Shown piece after piece: positions 9,112 to 18,129 of a DNA stretch of 20,000 nucleotides. Source of the DNA: an uncultured virus (IMG/VR IMGVR_UViG_3300021959_008943) (Duplodnaviria; Heunggongvirae; Uroviricota; Caudoviricetes); IMG/VR virus record IMGVR_UViG_3300021959_008943; one strand, 5' to 3'. A model generated the notes under the pieces. The model saw only the letters and a list, made by a program, of their open reading frames with translations, had not been told where the DNA came from and did no database searches. Positions within the stretch are counted from its first letter, which is position 1. Each line of letters starts with the position of its first letter. A program made the position numbers and the translations under genes.

Positions 9112-12066
9112 CTATGCTCCACCATCAATATTTTCATTACCTTGGGATGTAACGGTTTTGGTATTTATTTCAGCTACTGCTGCTGTAGTTCCTAATTCAT
9201 AAGAACCATCAACTTTTTTCCGAGTAGTAAATGCGTCGCGTGGTGGTTCAATTGTAGCTGATCCTACTGATTTGTTCATCTCAAATTGATTTACATTTAT
9301 AACTTTTGATGCTACATTTTGATTTATATAAACTTCTTCAGTATATGTAGGCCAAACAGTGTTACCTTTTTGTTGTACATTGGATGATGTATCAGAATCA
9401 TAATAAAGAGTAAGAGCTCTACCAAATATCATAGGTGATACTCTACTCATATTACGATCAATTCTAGCTCTATAATCCAAATCAGTCATATAAGACTGTA
9501 TATTACTATTAAAAGTGTCGCCGGTAATACCTTGCTTAACTCTATCTGGTAAAGTGGCATCGTTTGGATCTTGAACATCTAATTGCTGTAATTCCATTTC
9601 TGAAATAGTTAAAGCTGTAAGCTCTTCAACATTATTAAGTCTGTCATTCATTCTACGAATATCTGACATTTTAAAGCCACGATGGTCAATAGTTCTTATA
9701 AATAAATCATTTTCATTAAATGTATATGGATTTAGCATAACACTGTGCAAAAGCAGTTCATTCAAAGGAACAGCTGGTGCTACAGGATTAGGTGATGTCT
9801 GACCTTTTGTAACAGTAATAAAACCGGTATTAGAAATATGCACAATATCTCTACGAGGCATCCAGTTTGCTACAGTTCCTGCAGTTATAGTTGCTCCGTT
9901 CTTCGGTAAAGGTTCAATGACTGAACCAGTTCCTGTAAATTGAGCTCCAGTATCATTTTTAACTGGTCTCATATCAATAACATCTGTTAGTTTATGGAAA
10001 ATACCAGTACTTGTCGAATATTGCGGTACTTTTTCATATGCAATATCTGGATAAGAATTCTTACCCGCAAAATAATCTCCGGCTGAATGTGTGAAATAAT
10101 CGTATGTTACTGTCACAGTACCACCAGGAACTGTAGATCCACTCTTTACTGTACCAGTACCAACTGTGTAGAAATCATCTCTTTGACCGTTATTAAATAT
10201 AAATCTGTTTGTAATATCTAAACCAGTTGCATCTTCTACAACTGACTTAAATATATAAATGTCAGGCTTAGTAAGAGTAAATGTTCTGCCAACTATTGAA
10301 AGACTTTCAGAATAATTTAGTTGAAGTCTTTTAATTTTTTGAACTGCTGTTTTATTTTCATATGCTAATAATGTAACAGCTTTTAGCGCTGGTAATCCTG
10401 AGATAGTAGTAACAGCTCCACCTGCAGAATCATATGATGGTGGAGAGAACATTTCACCATCTGAATCTACTTGAATCATCCAGCTAGCGCCATCGGTAAA
10501 ATTATTATTTGAAATGTCTGATACTTGGAATGTAGCTATACCTGAAACGTTTGTAGTGTCTGTAGTAATACGAGTAACTGGCATTGTTACATTTGTGATA
10601 CTTTGAACTCTTGGCTGGCCAATTGGTATTAGTAAAGAGCTTTGTTGTTTATCAATTAAACTAATAACACCATTTACGGCTTTTAAATCTGCAAAGTCAG
10701 ATGAATCCGTACCAATAGCTTTTACGTTTCTAAATGATTTACCAGCATTTAGATTTACATCGAATAAATGAATTCTATATTCGTTATCGAAATCTTGAAT
10801 ATTTCTAATTCTTGTAGTACCAACTACAGAAGTTTTTCCTATATCATCATATAAATTAACTGTACTAAAATCACTAATATGGCTAATTAAACCTTTTACA
10901 TTTGCAGAATCTGCTAATACATAATTACCATATCGTGCTGATATAAACTCATTTGTTTTATTATGCAAATCGCTTGTAGTACTTCTCGGTTTTTCTATAC
11001 GAATTGGATTACTAGCAGATCTTCTTTCTACTCTATTACCATTAATGAATAGGACACCGCCGCCAACATTAAATCTTAAAAAATTATCATCGCTATCTTC
11101 ATCGACAATTAAATCAAATTGCGAACCAGGGTTGTTTACAATAAAGTCACCAGTAATATCATTAGTTCTTGCATTAATAATACTACCTAATTCACCTAGT
11201 GTATCGTTACTTTGATTAATCTTACGTACCACGCCGTTTTGCATTTTTAGAAGAGGATAGAACGTTTGACTTGCTGTTACATCTGACTCTTTTGTTAGAG
11301 TCATTTTAATTCTATAACGATCAGCACCCGGAGATGTTAGATTCGGTGTTGAACCAGTATTATCATATAAAGCGTTATCATCACTTACTGTCACAACATC
11401 TTCTGTTAACACATAACCTATTACTTCATCGGGTGCGGGATTATATTTGCTAATAACTAAACTTTGTGAATTTACAAAAATAAAATGACCGGCTACAAAG
11501 GTATCAAATTTAGGAATTTCGATCATAGAACCTTTACCAATAGCCAAATCATTTTGGTTATTAGCTGCGATTGTTAATGTTCCGCTACCATCACTTGTAG
11601 AATAATTTAAAGTTTCCCCTGCAACAAAAGTTTTTGGCGCAGCTGATGGGTCATCTGAAGTTAAATTATTTGAACTAATATATCGTACTAATAAGGTATC
11701 AGGATCTCCAGCAGCTGCTGGAATGGCAGCTTTTACTGTAGCGCTTATACCATCAGCATTTGTAATTTTAGTTCCAACTAAAGTAGGATAACTTACGCTT
11801 AAAGATCCGAATGAAACTAATTTAACGTAACCTACAGGACTAAACCCACTACTTAGATTTCCGCTTGATCCAAATATTCCGGCTTCATTAAATAAGAATG
11901 AACCAACTCTTGCTAATTCTGATTGAATGATAGTTTGAGACTGAGTTAGCTCTCTTGCTTGCAAAGCTCTGCCGCTATTAAACAATATTCTGTGATAGTT
12001 ATCACTATCGCGATAGTCGTCTTTATACTCAGTAGAAAAAGTAGTTTGTATTAGATTAGTTGCCAT
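9112..12066 (-). CDS. DUF4815/VrlC-like virion structural protein, N-terminal part (984 aa)
   Basis: Characteristic N-terminus YKDDY..NYHRILFNSGRALQARELTQSQTIIQ, plus PGADRYRI, FNNGQRDDFY, DVIDMRP and FKMSDI..RLNNVE. It directly follows gp8, as in marine T4-like phages. RBS AAGGA upstream. Confidence 0.8.
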   Translation of the reverse strand: MATNLIQTTFSTEYKDDYRDSDNYHRILFNSGRALQARELTQSQTIIQSELARVGSFLFNEAGIFGSSGNLSSGFSPVGYVKLVSFGSLSVSYPTLVGTKITNADGISATVKAAIPAAAGDPDTLLVRYISSNNLTSDDPSAAPKTFVAGETLNYSTSDGSGTLTIAANNQNDLAIGKGSMIEIPKFDTFVAGHFIFVNSQSLVISKYNPAPDEVIGYVLTEDVVTVSDDNALYDNTGSTPNLTSPGADRYRIKMTLTKESDVTASQTFYPLLKMQNGVVRKINQSNDTLGELGSIINARTNDITGDFIVNNPGSQFDLIVDEDSDDNFLRFNVGGGVLFINGNRVERRSASNPIRIEKPRSTTSDLHNKTNEFISARYGNYVLADSANVKGLISHISDFSTVNLYDDIGKTSVVGTTRIRNIQDFDNEYRIHLFDVNLNAGKSFRNVKAIGTDSSDFADLKAVNGVISLIDKQQSSLLIPIGQPRVQSITNVTMPVTRITTDTTNVSGIATFQVSDISNNNFTDGASWMIQVDSDGEMFSPPSYDSAGGAVTTISGLPALKAVTLLAYENKTAVQKIKRLQLNYSESLSIVGRTFTLTKPDIYIFKSVVEDATGLDITNRFIFNNGQRDDFYTVGTGTVKSGSTVPGGTVTVTYDYFTHSAGDYFAGKNSYPDIAYEKVPQYSTSTGIFHKLTDVIDMRPVKNDTGAQFTGTGSVIEPLPKNGATITAGTVANWMPRRDIVHISNTGFITVTKGQTSPNPVAPAVPLNELLLHSVMLNPYTFNENDLFIRTIDHRGFKMSDIRRMNDRLNNVEELTALTISEMELQQLDVQDPNDATLPDRVKQGITGDTFNSNIQSYMTDLDYRARIDRNMSRVSPMIFGRALTLYYDSDTSSNVQQKGNTVWPTYTEEVYINQNVASKVINVNQFEMNKSVGSATIEPPRDAFTTRKKVDGSYELGTTAAVAEINTKTVTSQGNENIDGGA

Positions 12067-12075
12067 AGTAAATCC

Positions 12076-13518
12076 TTAGAGTCTGATAACGACCTTGATG
12101 TCTTCTGTTTGATCTTCATCACGAGTTTTAGGGTCAATGTTTGCCAGAAATAGTAAATCCCCTGAGTATGGATCGATGTCCGGTAAAATTCGCGCCGAAT
12201 CTGCTACAATACCTGTAGTATCTCCAATATCTATAGTATCACCATCAGTAAATTGTGTAAAGCCAGTTGTTATATCATTTTGATGATACCAAATAGAAGT
12301 ATTAGGAGATGCTGCATCGGACCAGTCTAGAATTCCTTTTGCGTCTCCACCATTTTCTTCAATAATATCGTTAAAATCTAATCCAGTGTATTGAGCATCC
12401 AGTGTCATTCTCCATAGAGCAAGACCAGCTTCTGCTGTAAATTTTTCTGAACTGTCATAGAGTGTTGGGTTTTTAATTAATGCAATTTGACGATAATTTT
12501 GATCTATCACAAATTTTGGATTGCCATCAACAATCTCTTGACCGTCGGGTTTAATATTAAACATTAAGGCATTTGATTTTAAATCATTAATTGGATTGTG
12601 GCCTAAACCATTTTTTGGAGAGAAAACTGGTTTAATAATTGCCCCAGAGCCTGTATTAGCTGTAATTTTTACCTCAGCATAATCATATCCATTTCCCATT
12701 GCATCTTGAAATAATGGGTAAGGAGCTTGGCCAACGCTAGAACTATCACCAATTAGAACATGACCAATAACACCTGAAGATGTGATTGAAGCTCGAGCAG
12801 TTGCACCAGTGCCGTTTCCAATTATATCTAAAGTAACATCGCCTGCGCCTGTTGGATAACCTGATCCGCCATTTATAACTTGATACCCAACAATTTGTGC
12901 TGAATCCGCAGCTTGTTTTACAAGATATTGTGAAAAATATGGATCATCAGCTGGAGCAGAATCCACATATTTTAATGGCATCCAAGCGGTAGTCATAAAG
13001 TTATTTGCATCAGTAACATTTACACTGTATAAAAATTTCCAAATGTATCCATCTGTTTCTTCTGTAAGAGTAGAGTTAGTATGATCTGGTTTTACAGTTG
13101 AAGGCTGTTCTTCGCCTGCGGTATTTTTATTAGATTTAATGCAAAGATAAACATTATTATCATCGGTAATAACATATGGCGTTTGATCTACTGGATGGTT
13201 AACAGTTTCATGATCGCTAAACTGATAAAATGTATCGCCTGATGTCCAATCTCTTTTTGGTACAACCCAACTAAATGCATCCAGGGCTTTTACTGATTGC
13301 ATTGAAAATCTAAACTCACGTTCTTCTCTAGCGTTAACGCTAAAACCCGGCGGGTTTGTATCGTTGATGTTAATATTTATAGGATCATTCCATGCTTCAG
13401 AACGACCTATTGCAATATAAAAATTATTATCAGAGTCGCCAATACGTGTACCTTCATTTTCATTGAAGATTTTTTGTACTAAATCTCTTTTTAATGTATC
13501 AGTTAAAATAGAAGCCAT
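12076..13518 (-). CDS. gp8: Baseplate wedge subunit gp8
   Basis: FYIAIGRSEAW, VVPKRDWTSG, YVITDDNNVYLCI, PSTVKP, DGYIWKFLY, YRQIALIKNP and terminal YSGDLLFL...RDEDQTEDIKVVI are typical of T4-like gp8. Confidence 0.88.
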   Translation of the reverse strand: MASILTDTLKRDLVQKIFNENEGTRIGDSDNNFYIAIGRSEAWNDPINININDTNPPGFSVNAREEREFRFSMQSVKALDAFSWVVPKRDWTSGDTFYQFSDHETVNHPVDQTPYVITDDNNVYLCIKSNKNTAGEEQPSTVKPDHTNSTLTEETDGYIWKFLYSVNVTDANNFMTTAWMPLKYVDSAPADDPYFSQYLVKQAADSAQIVGYQVINGGSGYPTGAGDVTLDIIGNGTGATARASITSSGVIGHVLIGDSSSVGQAPYPLFQDAMGNGYDYAEVKITANTGSGAIIKPVFSPKNGLGHNPINDLKSNALMFNIKPDGQEIVDGNPKFVIDQNYRQIALIKNPTLYDSSEKFTAEAGLALWRMTLDAQYTGLDFNDIIEENGGDAKGILDWSDAASPNTSIWYHQNDITTGFTQFTDGDTIDIGDTTGIVADSARILPDIDPYSGDLLFLANIDPKTRDEDQTEDIKVVIRL

Positions 13519-13528
13519 GTTTTATTTC

Positions 13529-14515
13529 CTAGGATGTTGAGGCCGTGCCACCAATGATGTACCAATTATTATTTACCCACATAATCATCGTTGATTGTTT
13601 TGTGGTAACGTCAATGTCTGTATGAGCACCATTTTCTGGATCAAATGATGTCGGTTGAATTACAACCGGAGAAGTACCAATATTAGTAAATGTTTTAGTT
13701 TCTCCAACCACCGTGCCATTTGGAACGGTAACTGTAATTCCACTACCATTTACAAGATAATTACTTTTTGTAACATCAGCTAATGTTCCACCTGCAGTAA
13801 TTGTTGTTGCAGGTGGTAATGCTAATTTATTTACTAAAATAGCGCTGTTTCCTTTTGGTTCTAAAGTCAAGCTAATATTTGTATTAGAACCAGTTGCTGA
13901 AACTTTTGGTGCGCCGCCATTTGCATTTGAAATAGTAATTTCATTTGTTGCTGAGCTTACTGGAGCAAATTTAATAATTTCGTTATTGTTTGTGTCATTA
14001 ATAGCAGAAATAATTTTTGGAGAAGTAATAGATGCTCCAGCATTAATTATTGTACCAGTAGACAATGTTTTATTTTTTAAAGTTTGAGTATCAGAGTCAC
14101 CAACTATATTTGTTGCTGGAATTGATTTAGATGTAGAACTATCAATTACACCACTTCCGTCTGATAACATAAAAGACGATACGGGTAAACCATTAATTGT
14201 GTTTAAACCAATATCAATTGTTTTATTTGTAATAGTTTGAATAGCTGAATCAATAAGAACATTACCACCAGAATCTGGAAAGTCTATTTCAATATTTTCA
14301 TTGCCTTCATTGAAACCAACTCTAGTGTGATATAATATGCCATTAAGATCAAACCCACTGTCAGTTAGAGATGTTGCAGTTGATATGCTTGAATCTCCAC
14401 CAAGCCTGCTGAAGATCTCTTGAAAATTGGAATTCATTTTTACTCCGGCGGTACGTAAAGTATCGCCAGTTCCATCATTTGCTATAGATCCAATATTAAT
14501 TATGCGTCTAGCCAT
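13529..14515 (-). CDS. gp9: gp9/gp10-like baseplate wedge tail-fibre connector (328 aa)
   Basis: The N-terminus INIGSIANDGTGDTLRTAGVKMNSNF is the T4 gp9/gp10 N-terminal signature. The size is close to gp9 rather than gp10. Confidence 0.7.
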   Translation of the reverse strand: MARRIINIGSIANDGTGDTLRTAGVKMNSNFQEIFSRLGGDSSISTATSLTDSGFDLNGILYHTRVGFNEGNENIEIDFPDSGGNVLIDSAIQTITNKTIDIGLNTINGLPVSSFMLSDGSGVIDSSTSKSIPATNIVGDSDTQTLKNKTLSTGTIINAGASITSPKIISAINDTNNNEIIKFAPVSSATNEITISNANGGAPKVSATGSNTNISLTLEPKGNSAILVNKLALPPATTITAGGTLADVTKSNYLVNGSGITVTVPNGTVVGETKTFTNIGTSPVVIQPTSFDPENGAHTDIDVTTKQSTMIMWVNNNWYIIGGTASTS

Positions 14516-14544
14516 TTGGTTTCTCGTTCAAAATTAGTTGAAAT

Positions 14545-14552
14545 TATTTATA
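14545..14552 (-). promoter_or_regulatory. T4-type late promoter TATAAATA upstream of the gp9-like gene
   Basis: Exact consensus in the 41-nt intergenic gap, 30 nt upstream of the ATG at 14515. Confidence 0.85.
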
Positions 14553-14556
14553 ATGT

Positions 14557-15627
14557 TTATCCAGTGTAATCTGCCGAGTCAGCACTATTTTCAGAATCAA
14601 ATAATGTATTGAATTTGCCTTCATCAAATCTAGATGTAAACATATCAGAATCAGATAGAGTTTGTTCTTCGTCGAAGGTAGCTGCTGTTCTAAATACAGA
14701 CGCTGGATCGTCTGAATCATCGAATGTAGCACTACTTGCATCCAGCATTTCTTCAAGATTGTAGCCTTGTGCATCCTCAAGTTTAATGTTTCCAATTTGG
14801 TCGAAGAACTGATTTGCATTTTGTCTGTGCATACCGTAATCTGTATCTCCATCAACAAGTAGTGTCTGTGAAATAAATGTTTCTGTTTGTAGACTTGCAT
14901 CAACTGTGAAACCAAGAGTAGCAGTTAATTCATCGCCATTTGGTAGCTGGTCTTCCAAACCATTTTCATTAATAAGTTCAATAAGAAGTTCACTGCCAAG
15001 ATACATGCCGGCCGGATGGACAAATAACTTATACACATCCCGCCATTCATTTACAGACACACCAACTCGAATTAGCAAAGACATGACTTGGTAAAGCTTA
15101 TCATCAGTGATAAATCTTTGAGATTCAGTGCCAATATTAGATGCAGGCGATGTTATTTGTTGGCCTGCTGTATTTGCGCTGTCTAATGTATAATTAATTT
15201 CAGGGCCAACTTTAAAAATATTTTCTTTTGGATACGTTACAACAGGGTCTTCTCCATAAAACCCTCTAAAGAATTGTTCAATCGAATACTTAGTTCCTTT
15301 TGAACGATATAAAAGATTTGAAAACTTAATCGCTTCTCTTTTATTTTGAAATCCACCAAAATATGATTGTCCTAAAAGCAACTCATCTTCTAAAAATGGG
15401 AGATTATCACTAGGCGTTTGTGTAGCATCTCTTGATTCGTACAATCTTTTAATTTTACCAGAAGGATTTATATCTGAATCCATAAATTCATAATAAGCTT
15501 CAAACAATTGTTTTAGCTTTGGATATTCTTCGCCAAAGTACTCGGGTAGAACGTTGTCAATTTCCGCTCTATGGAAATCCAACTTAATTCTATTATCATC
15601 GAATGGGGTTTTATCTTTATATGCCAT
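14557..15627 (-). CDS. Short gp7-like baseplate wedge protein (356 aa)
   Basis: LPEYFGEEYPKLKQLFEAYYEFM, LYRSKGTKYSIEQFFRGFYG and YQVMSLLIRVG..WRDVYKLFVHPAGMYLGSE match conserved segments of gp7-type wedge initiators. It follows gp6 with a TAATG overlap. Confidence 0.7.
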   Translation of the reverse strand: MAYKDKTPFDDNRIKLDFHRAEIDNVLPEYFGEEYPKLKQLFEAYYEFMDSDINPSGKIKRLYESRDATQTPSDNLPFLEDELLLGQSYFGGFQNKREAIKFSNLLYRSKGTKYSIEQFFRGFYGEDPVVTYPKENIFKVGPEINYTLDSANTAGQQITSPASNIGTESQRFITDDKLYQVMSLLIRVGVSVNEWRDVYKLFVHPAGMYLGSELLIELINENGLEDQLPNGDELTATLGFTVDASLQTETFISQTLLVDGDTDYGMHRQNANQFFDQIGNIKLEDAQGYNLEEMLDASSATFDDSDDPASVFRTAATFDEEQTLSDSDMFTSRFDEGKFNTLFDSENSADSADYTG

Positions 15628-17654
15628 TAATTCGTTGCTGTTACAGTTACAGATTTCACTAGAGATCTTGTAGGATCATATTCTAGTAGTTCATTTCTTA
15701 CTGGAGATATTGCTGATTGATTAGCAGGAATAGCCGCTAATTTAATTTCAGATCCACCACCAACAATAGAAGCTGGGTTGAAGAAGTTAATTGTAACAAT
15801 ACCTGCTGTAGGATCAAAATTACCAACATTATCTATAATAACAGCATTACCAATTGCTGCTACAATTTGGATATCGGCGCTGTTTAGTTTATTTCTAAGA
15901 AAACAATTTTTACCATCATATGTAAATTGGTTACTTGTAATAATATACTCATTATTTGATACAGGCGCAATTTCCACAGGATAGCGAATTATTTGAGTTT
16001 TAATTGCACCAGCCGCAGTAAGATCTGTTAGGATTCCATTAAAGTTTTTACTTTGCACAGTTGAATTATTAATTAGATGATTTACTGCATCTTTAAATCT
16101 ACTTTGAACGACTAATTCTACAACCTTCGTGATATTAGCAGCCGAAATAGTAGATGAACCTTCAGCGTCCAATGTAAGATTCTTTACAGTATTAGAAATG
16201 CTTGGTGAGCTGGGCGTAAATCTTCTTTGCATACGAATATTAGAGCGAGAAGAAAGAACAGCAGCATTAATATCATCAACTAAAGAAAGCATATTTGAAC
16301 GTCTAAATGATTGTTTAAACTTACCGGTATTTAAATTAAAATAAGATTGTACTTCATCGCGAATCGCAGTTGTTACATTATTTTCAGATACATCAGTTAG
16401 TCTAGGGTTAAATTGAAAAAATACATCTGCTTCAATAAATGTTTTTATTGGATCTTCAAATCTAATTTTAAATGATGTAATTGCTAATTGGTTTGCTAGG
16501 TCAACAATCTCTTGTTTTTTCGCAGCCTGGGTTGCAGCATTCACATCATCTTGAAAAACAATTGAACTAAAAACTGCGCCGTATTCCGGTGGAACTGCAT
16601 CTTCTCCGCCAAATGTATTTGTGTCTTTAATAAATGTAGAAAATCTACGAAGAATAAGTGACGTATAATCTTCCGCTGTAACCATACGGTTTTGAGCTGC
16701 GTATTGGAATGGAGCATTTTTGCGAATAGATTCAATTGTTTCTTTTACCGCGCCGCCGACGCTATTTGAAACTGTGCTAGTTGTAACGGCTGATGAGAAA
16801 GTATTAGTTACACCAAATGTAATTGCTTCAGTTTTTGTAAAACTTATTGCACCATTTGCACTTGGTCCTTTTGTTGATAGATACTCAACTTCAATACGAG
16901 ATCCAGCGCCCGGAGCAATACCAAATGTTTTACCATCGCCAAATGATAATTCAAAATAGCCGTTTGGTGATTCTTTTAAAATATAAATTTCTGAATTAGC
17001 ATTAATACTTGTTACGTTAATAACATTATTATATGTAGCAAAATTTGTTGAAGTAAACGAATCATATACTTTTACGGTTACAGTTGTAGAATCTAAGTTA
17101 GGATCTGGAATTACATACACTGGATTGTCTTCATATTCACCTACAAGGAAAGACTTAGTTCTTTTTGTTCCTTCGTACAGTGTAATATTATTTGAGCCAT
17201 CTTTTGTTTTAAATTCATAAAAATCATTACCATCATTGGTAGCTTCATAGTTTTCAATAGTGGAAAATGTATATGATACGTCATCAACTGTTGTAGTAAA
17301 TGTTGTATAACCCGGCAAAGAAATTTTGTCATCTTTTAGTTGGTCAGGTCCAGTTAAAAAAATTCTAACAACAGCCTGAGATGCAGTCGTGGTGTCTGGA
17401 ACATATCCAATACCTTCAGCCAAAGAAACAACAGAACTTCTTAATTGAGCTGTACCAAGATAGGATTCATTCAAAGCAAAGTTTGCAATGAGCGCATTTA
17501 CATGTGTATTATATGCTAATACATCAAGAATGTTTGATAGCCCAGCAGCTTCAAAATTGTAATCCCTAAACTCTTGTTTATTGGCCAAAAATGTTTTTAG
17601 ATTGCTTTTAATATTATTAAAATCTAAAGCTGTTGATTTTATTGTAGTTGCCAT
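15627..17654 (-). CDS. gp6: Baseplate wedge subunit gp6
   Basis: LDFNNIKSNLKTFL, FRDYNFEAAGLSNILDVLAYNTH, ESYLGTAQLRSSVVSLA, FGDG, ETIESIRKNAP and QNRMVTAEDY are gp6/baseplate-J signatures. The 675-aa length is typical of gp6. Confidence 0.93.
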   Translation of the reverse strand: MATTIKSTALDFNNIKSNLKTFLANKQEFRDYNFEAAGLSNILDVLAYNTHVNALIANFALNESYLGTAQLRSSVVSLAEGIGYVPDTTTASQAVVRIFLTGPDQLKDDKISLPGYTTFTTTVDDVSYTFSTIENYEATNDGNDFYEFKTKDGSNNITLYEGTKRTKSFLVGEYEDNPVYVIPDPNLDSTTVTVKVYDSFTSTNFATYNNVINVTSINANSEIYILKESPNGYFELSFGDGKTFGIAPGAGSRIEVEYLSTKGPSANGAISFTKTEAITFGVTNTFSSAVTTSTVSNSVGGAVKETIESIRKNAPFQYAAQNRMVTAEDYTSLILRRFSTFIKDTNTFGGEDAVPPEYGAVFSSIVFQDDVNAATQAAKKQEIVDLANQLAITSFKIRFEDPIKTFIEADVFFQFNPRLTDVSENNVTTAIRDEVQSYFNLNTGKFKQSFRRSNMLSLVDDINAAVLSSRSNIRMQRRFTPSSPSISNTVKNLTLDAEGSSTISAANITKVVELVVQSRFKDAVNHLINNSTVQSKNFNGILTDLTAAGAIKTQIIRYPVEIAPVSNNEYIITSNQFTYDGKNCFLRNKLNSADIQIVAAIGNAVIIDNVGNFDPTAGIVTINFFNPASIVGGGSEIKLAAIPANQSAISPVRNELLEYDPTRSLVKSVTVTATN

Positions 17655-17655
17655 G

Positions 17656-18099
17656 TTATCTCAACCTTGATAGTGAAGTTGTAAACTGTACAACTTCTTC
17701 AGTGTTTATTACCTGAAATTCTATTGTGACATTTAAGTCGTTATAATCTTCTATAAAATTAACAAATATATTAATGATTTTAGCTCGAGGTTCATACTCA
17801 TTAATTGTTTGAATAATAGCTTCTTTTACTTCTATTTCAATATCTTCATCGGCTAATTCAAATAATAGTCCTCTTACATTACCACCGAAAAAAGGTTCAA
17901 AAGGTTTTTCATAATAATTTGTTTGAATCAAATTTTTTAATGCTTGTACAACTGCAGAAGCATCTTTCTTTGTATAAAGCTCACCATTCGGCTTTGCTGT
18001 AAAAGACAAATCTATGTCTTTATATTCCTGGATACGAGAGGTAAGTTTCGATACCTCTGTTATATCTTTATCCTGCCGTGAAAATACTTTAGTCGCCAT
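17656..18099 (-). CDS. gp25: Baseplate wedge subunit gp25 (sheath initiator)
   Basis: YKDIDLSF, AVVQALKNLIQTNYYEKPFEPFFGGNV..LLFE, INEYEPRA and terminal LSRLR. It lies directly upstream of gp6. Confidence 0.93.
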   Translation of the reverse strand: MATKVFSRQDKDITEVSKLTSRIQEYKDIDLSFTAKPNGELYTKKDASAVVQALKNLIQTNYYEKPFEPFFGGNVRGLLFELADEDIEIEVKEAIIQTINEYEPRAKIINIFVNFIEDYNDLNVTIEFQVINTEEVVQFTTSLSRLR

Positions 18100-18117
18100 T
18101 GTTTCTTCTTTTTGATT

Positions 18118-18125
18118 TATTTATA
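18118..18125 (-). promoter_or_regulatory. T4-type late promoter TATAAATA upstream of gp25
   Basis: Exact consensus in the 30-nt gap between the gp5-like gene and gp25. Confidence 0.85.
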
Positions 18126-18129
18126 CCCA

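Noticed and set aside
54..15627. DS enrichment as a by-product of GANTC (CcrM/HinfI) DNA site enrichment, since GAT-TCN and GAC-TCN contain GANTC
   Set aside because: Many DS sites use GAT-AGT/AGC (four of the first six in the 709-aa ORF), and the +2 residue bias is at protein level. A frame-by-frame GANTC count is still needed to exclude it fully.
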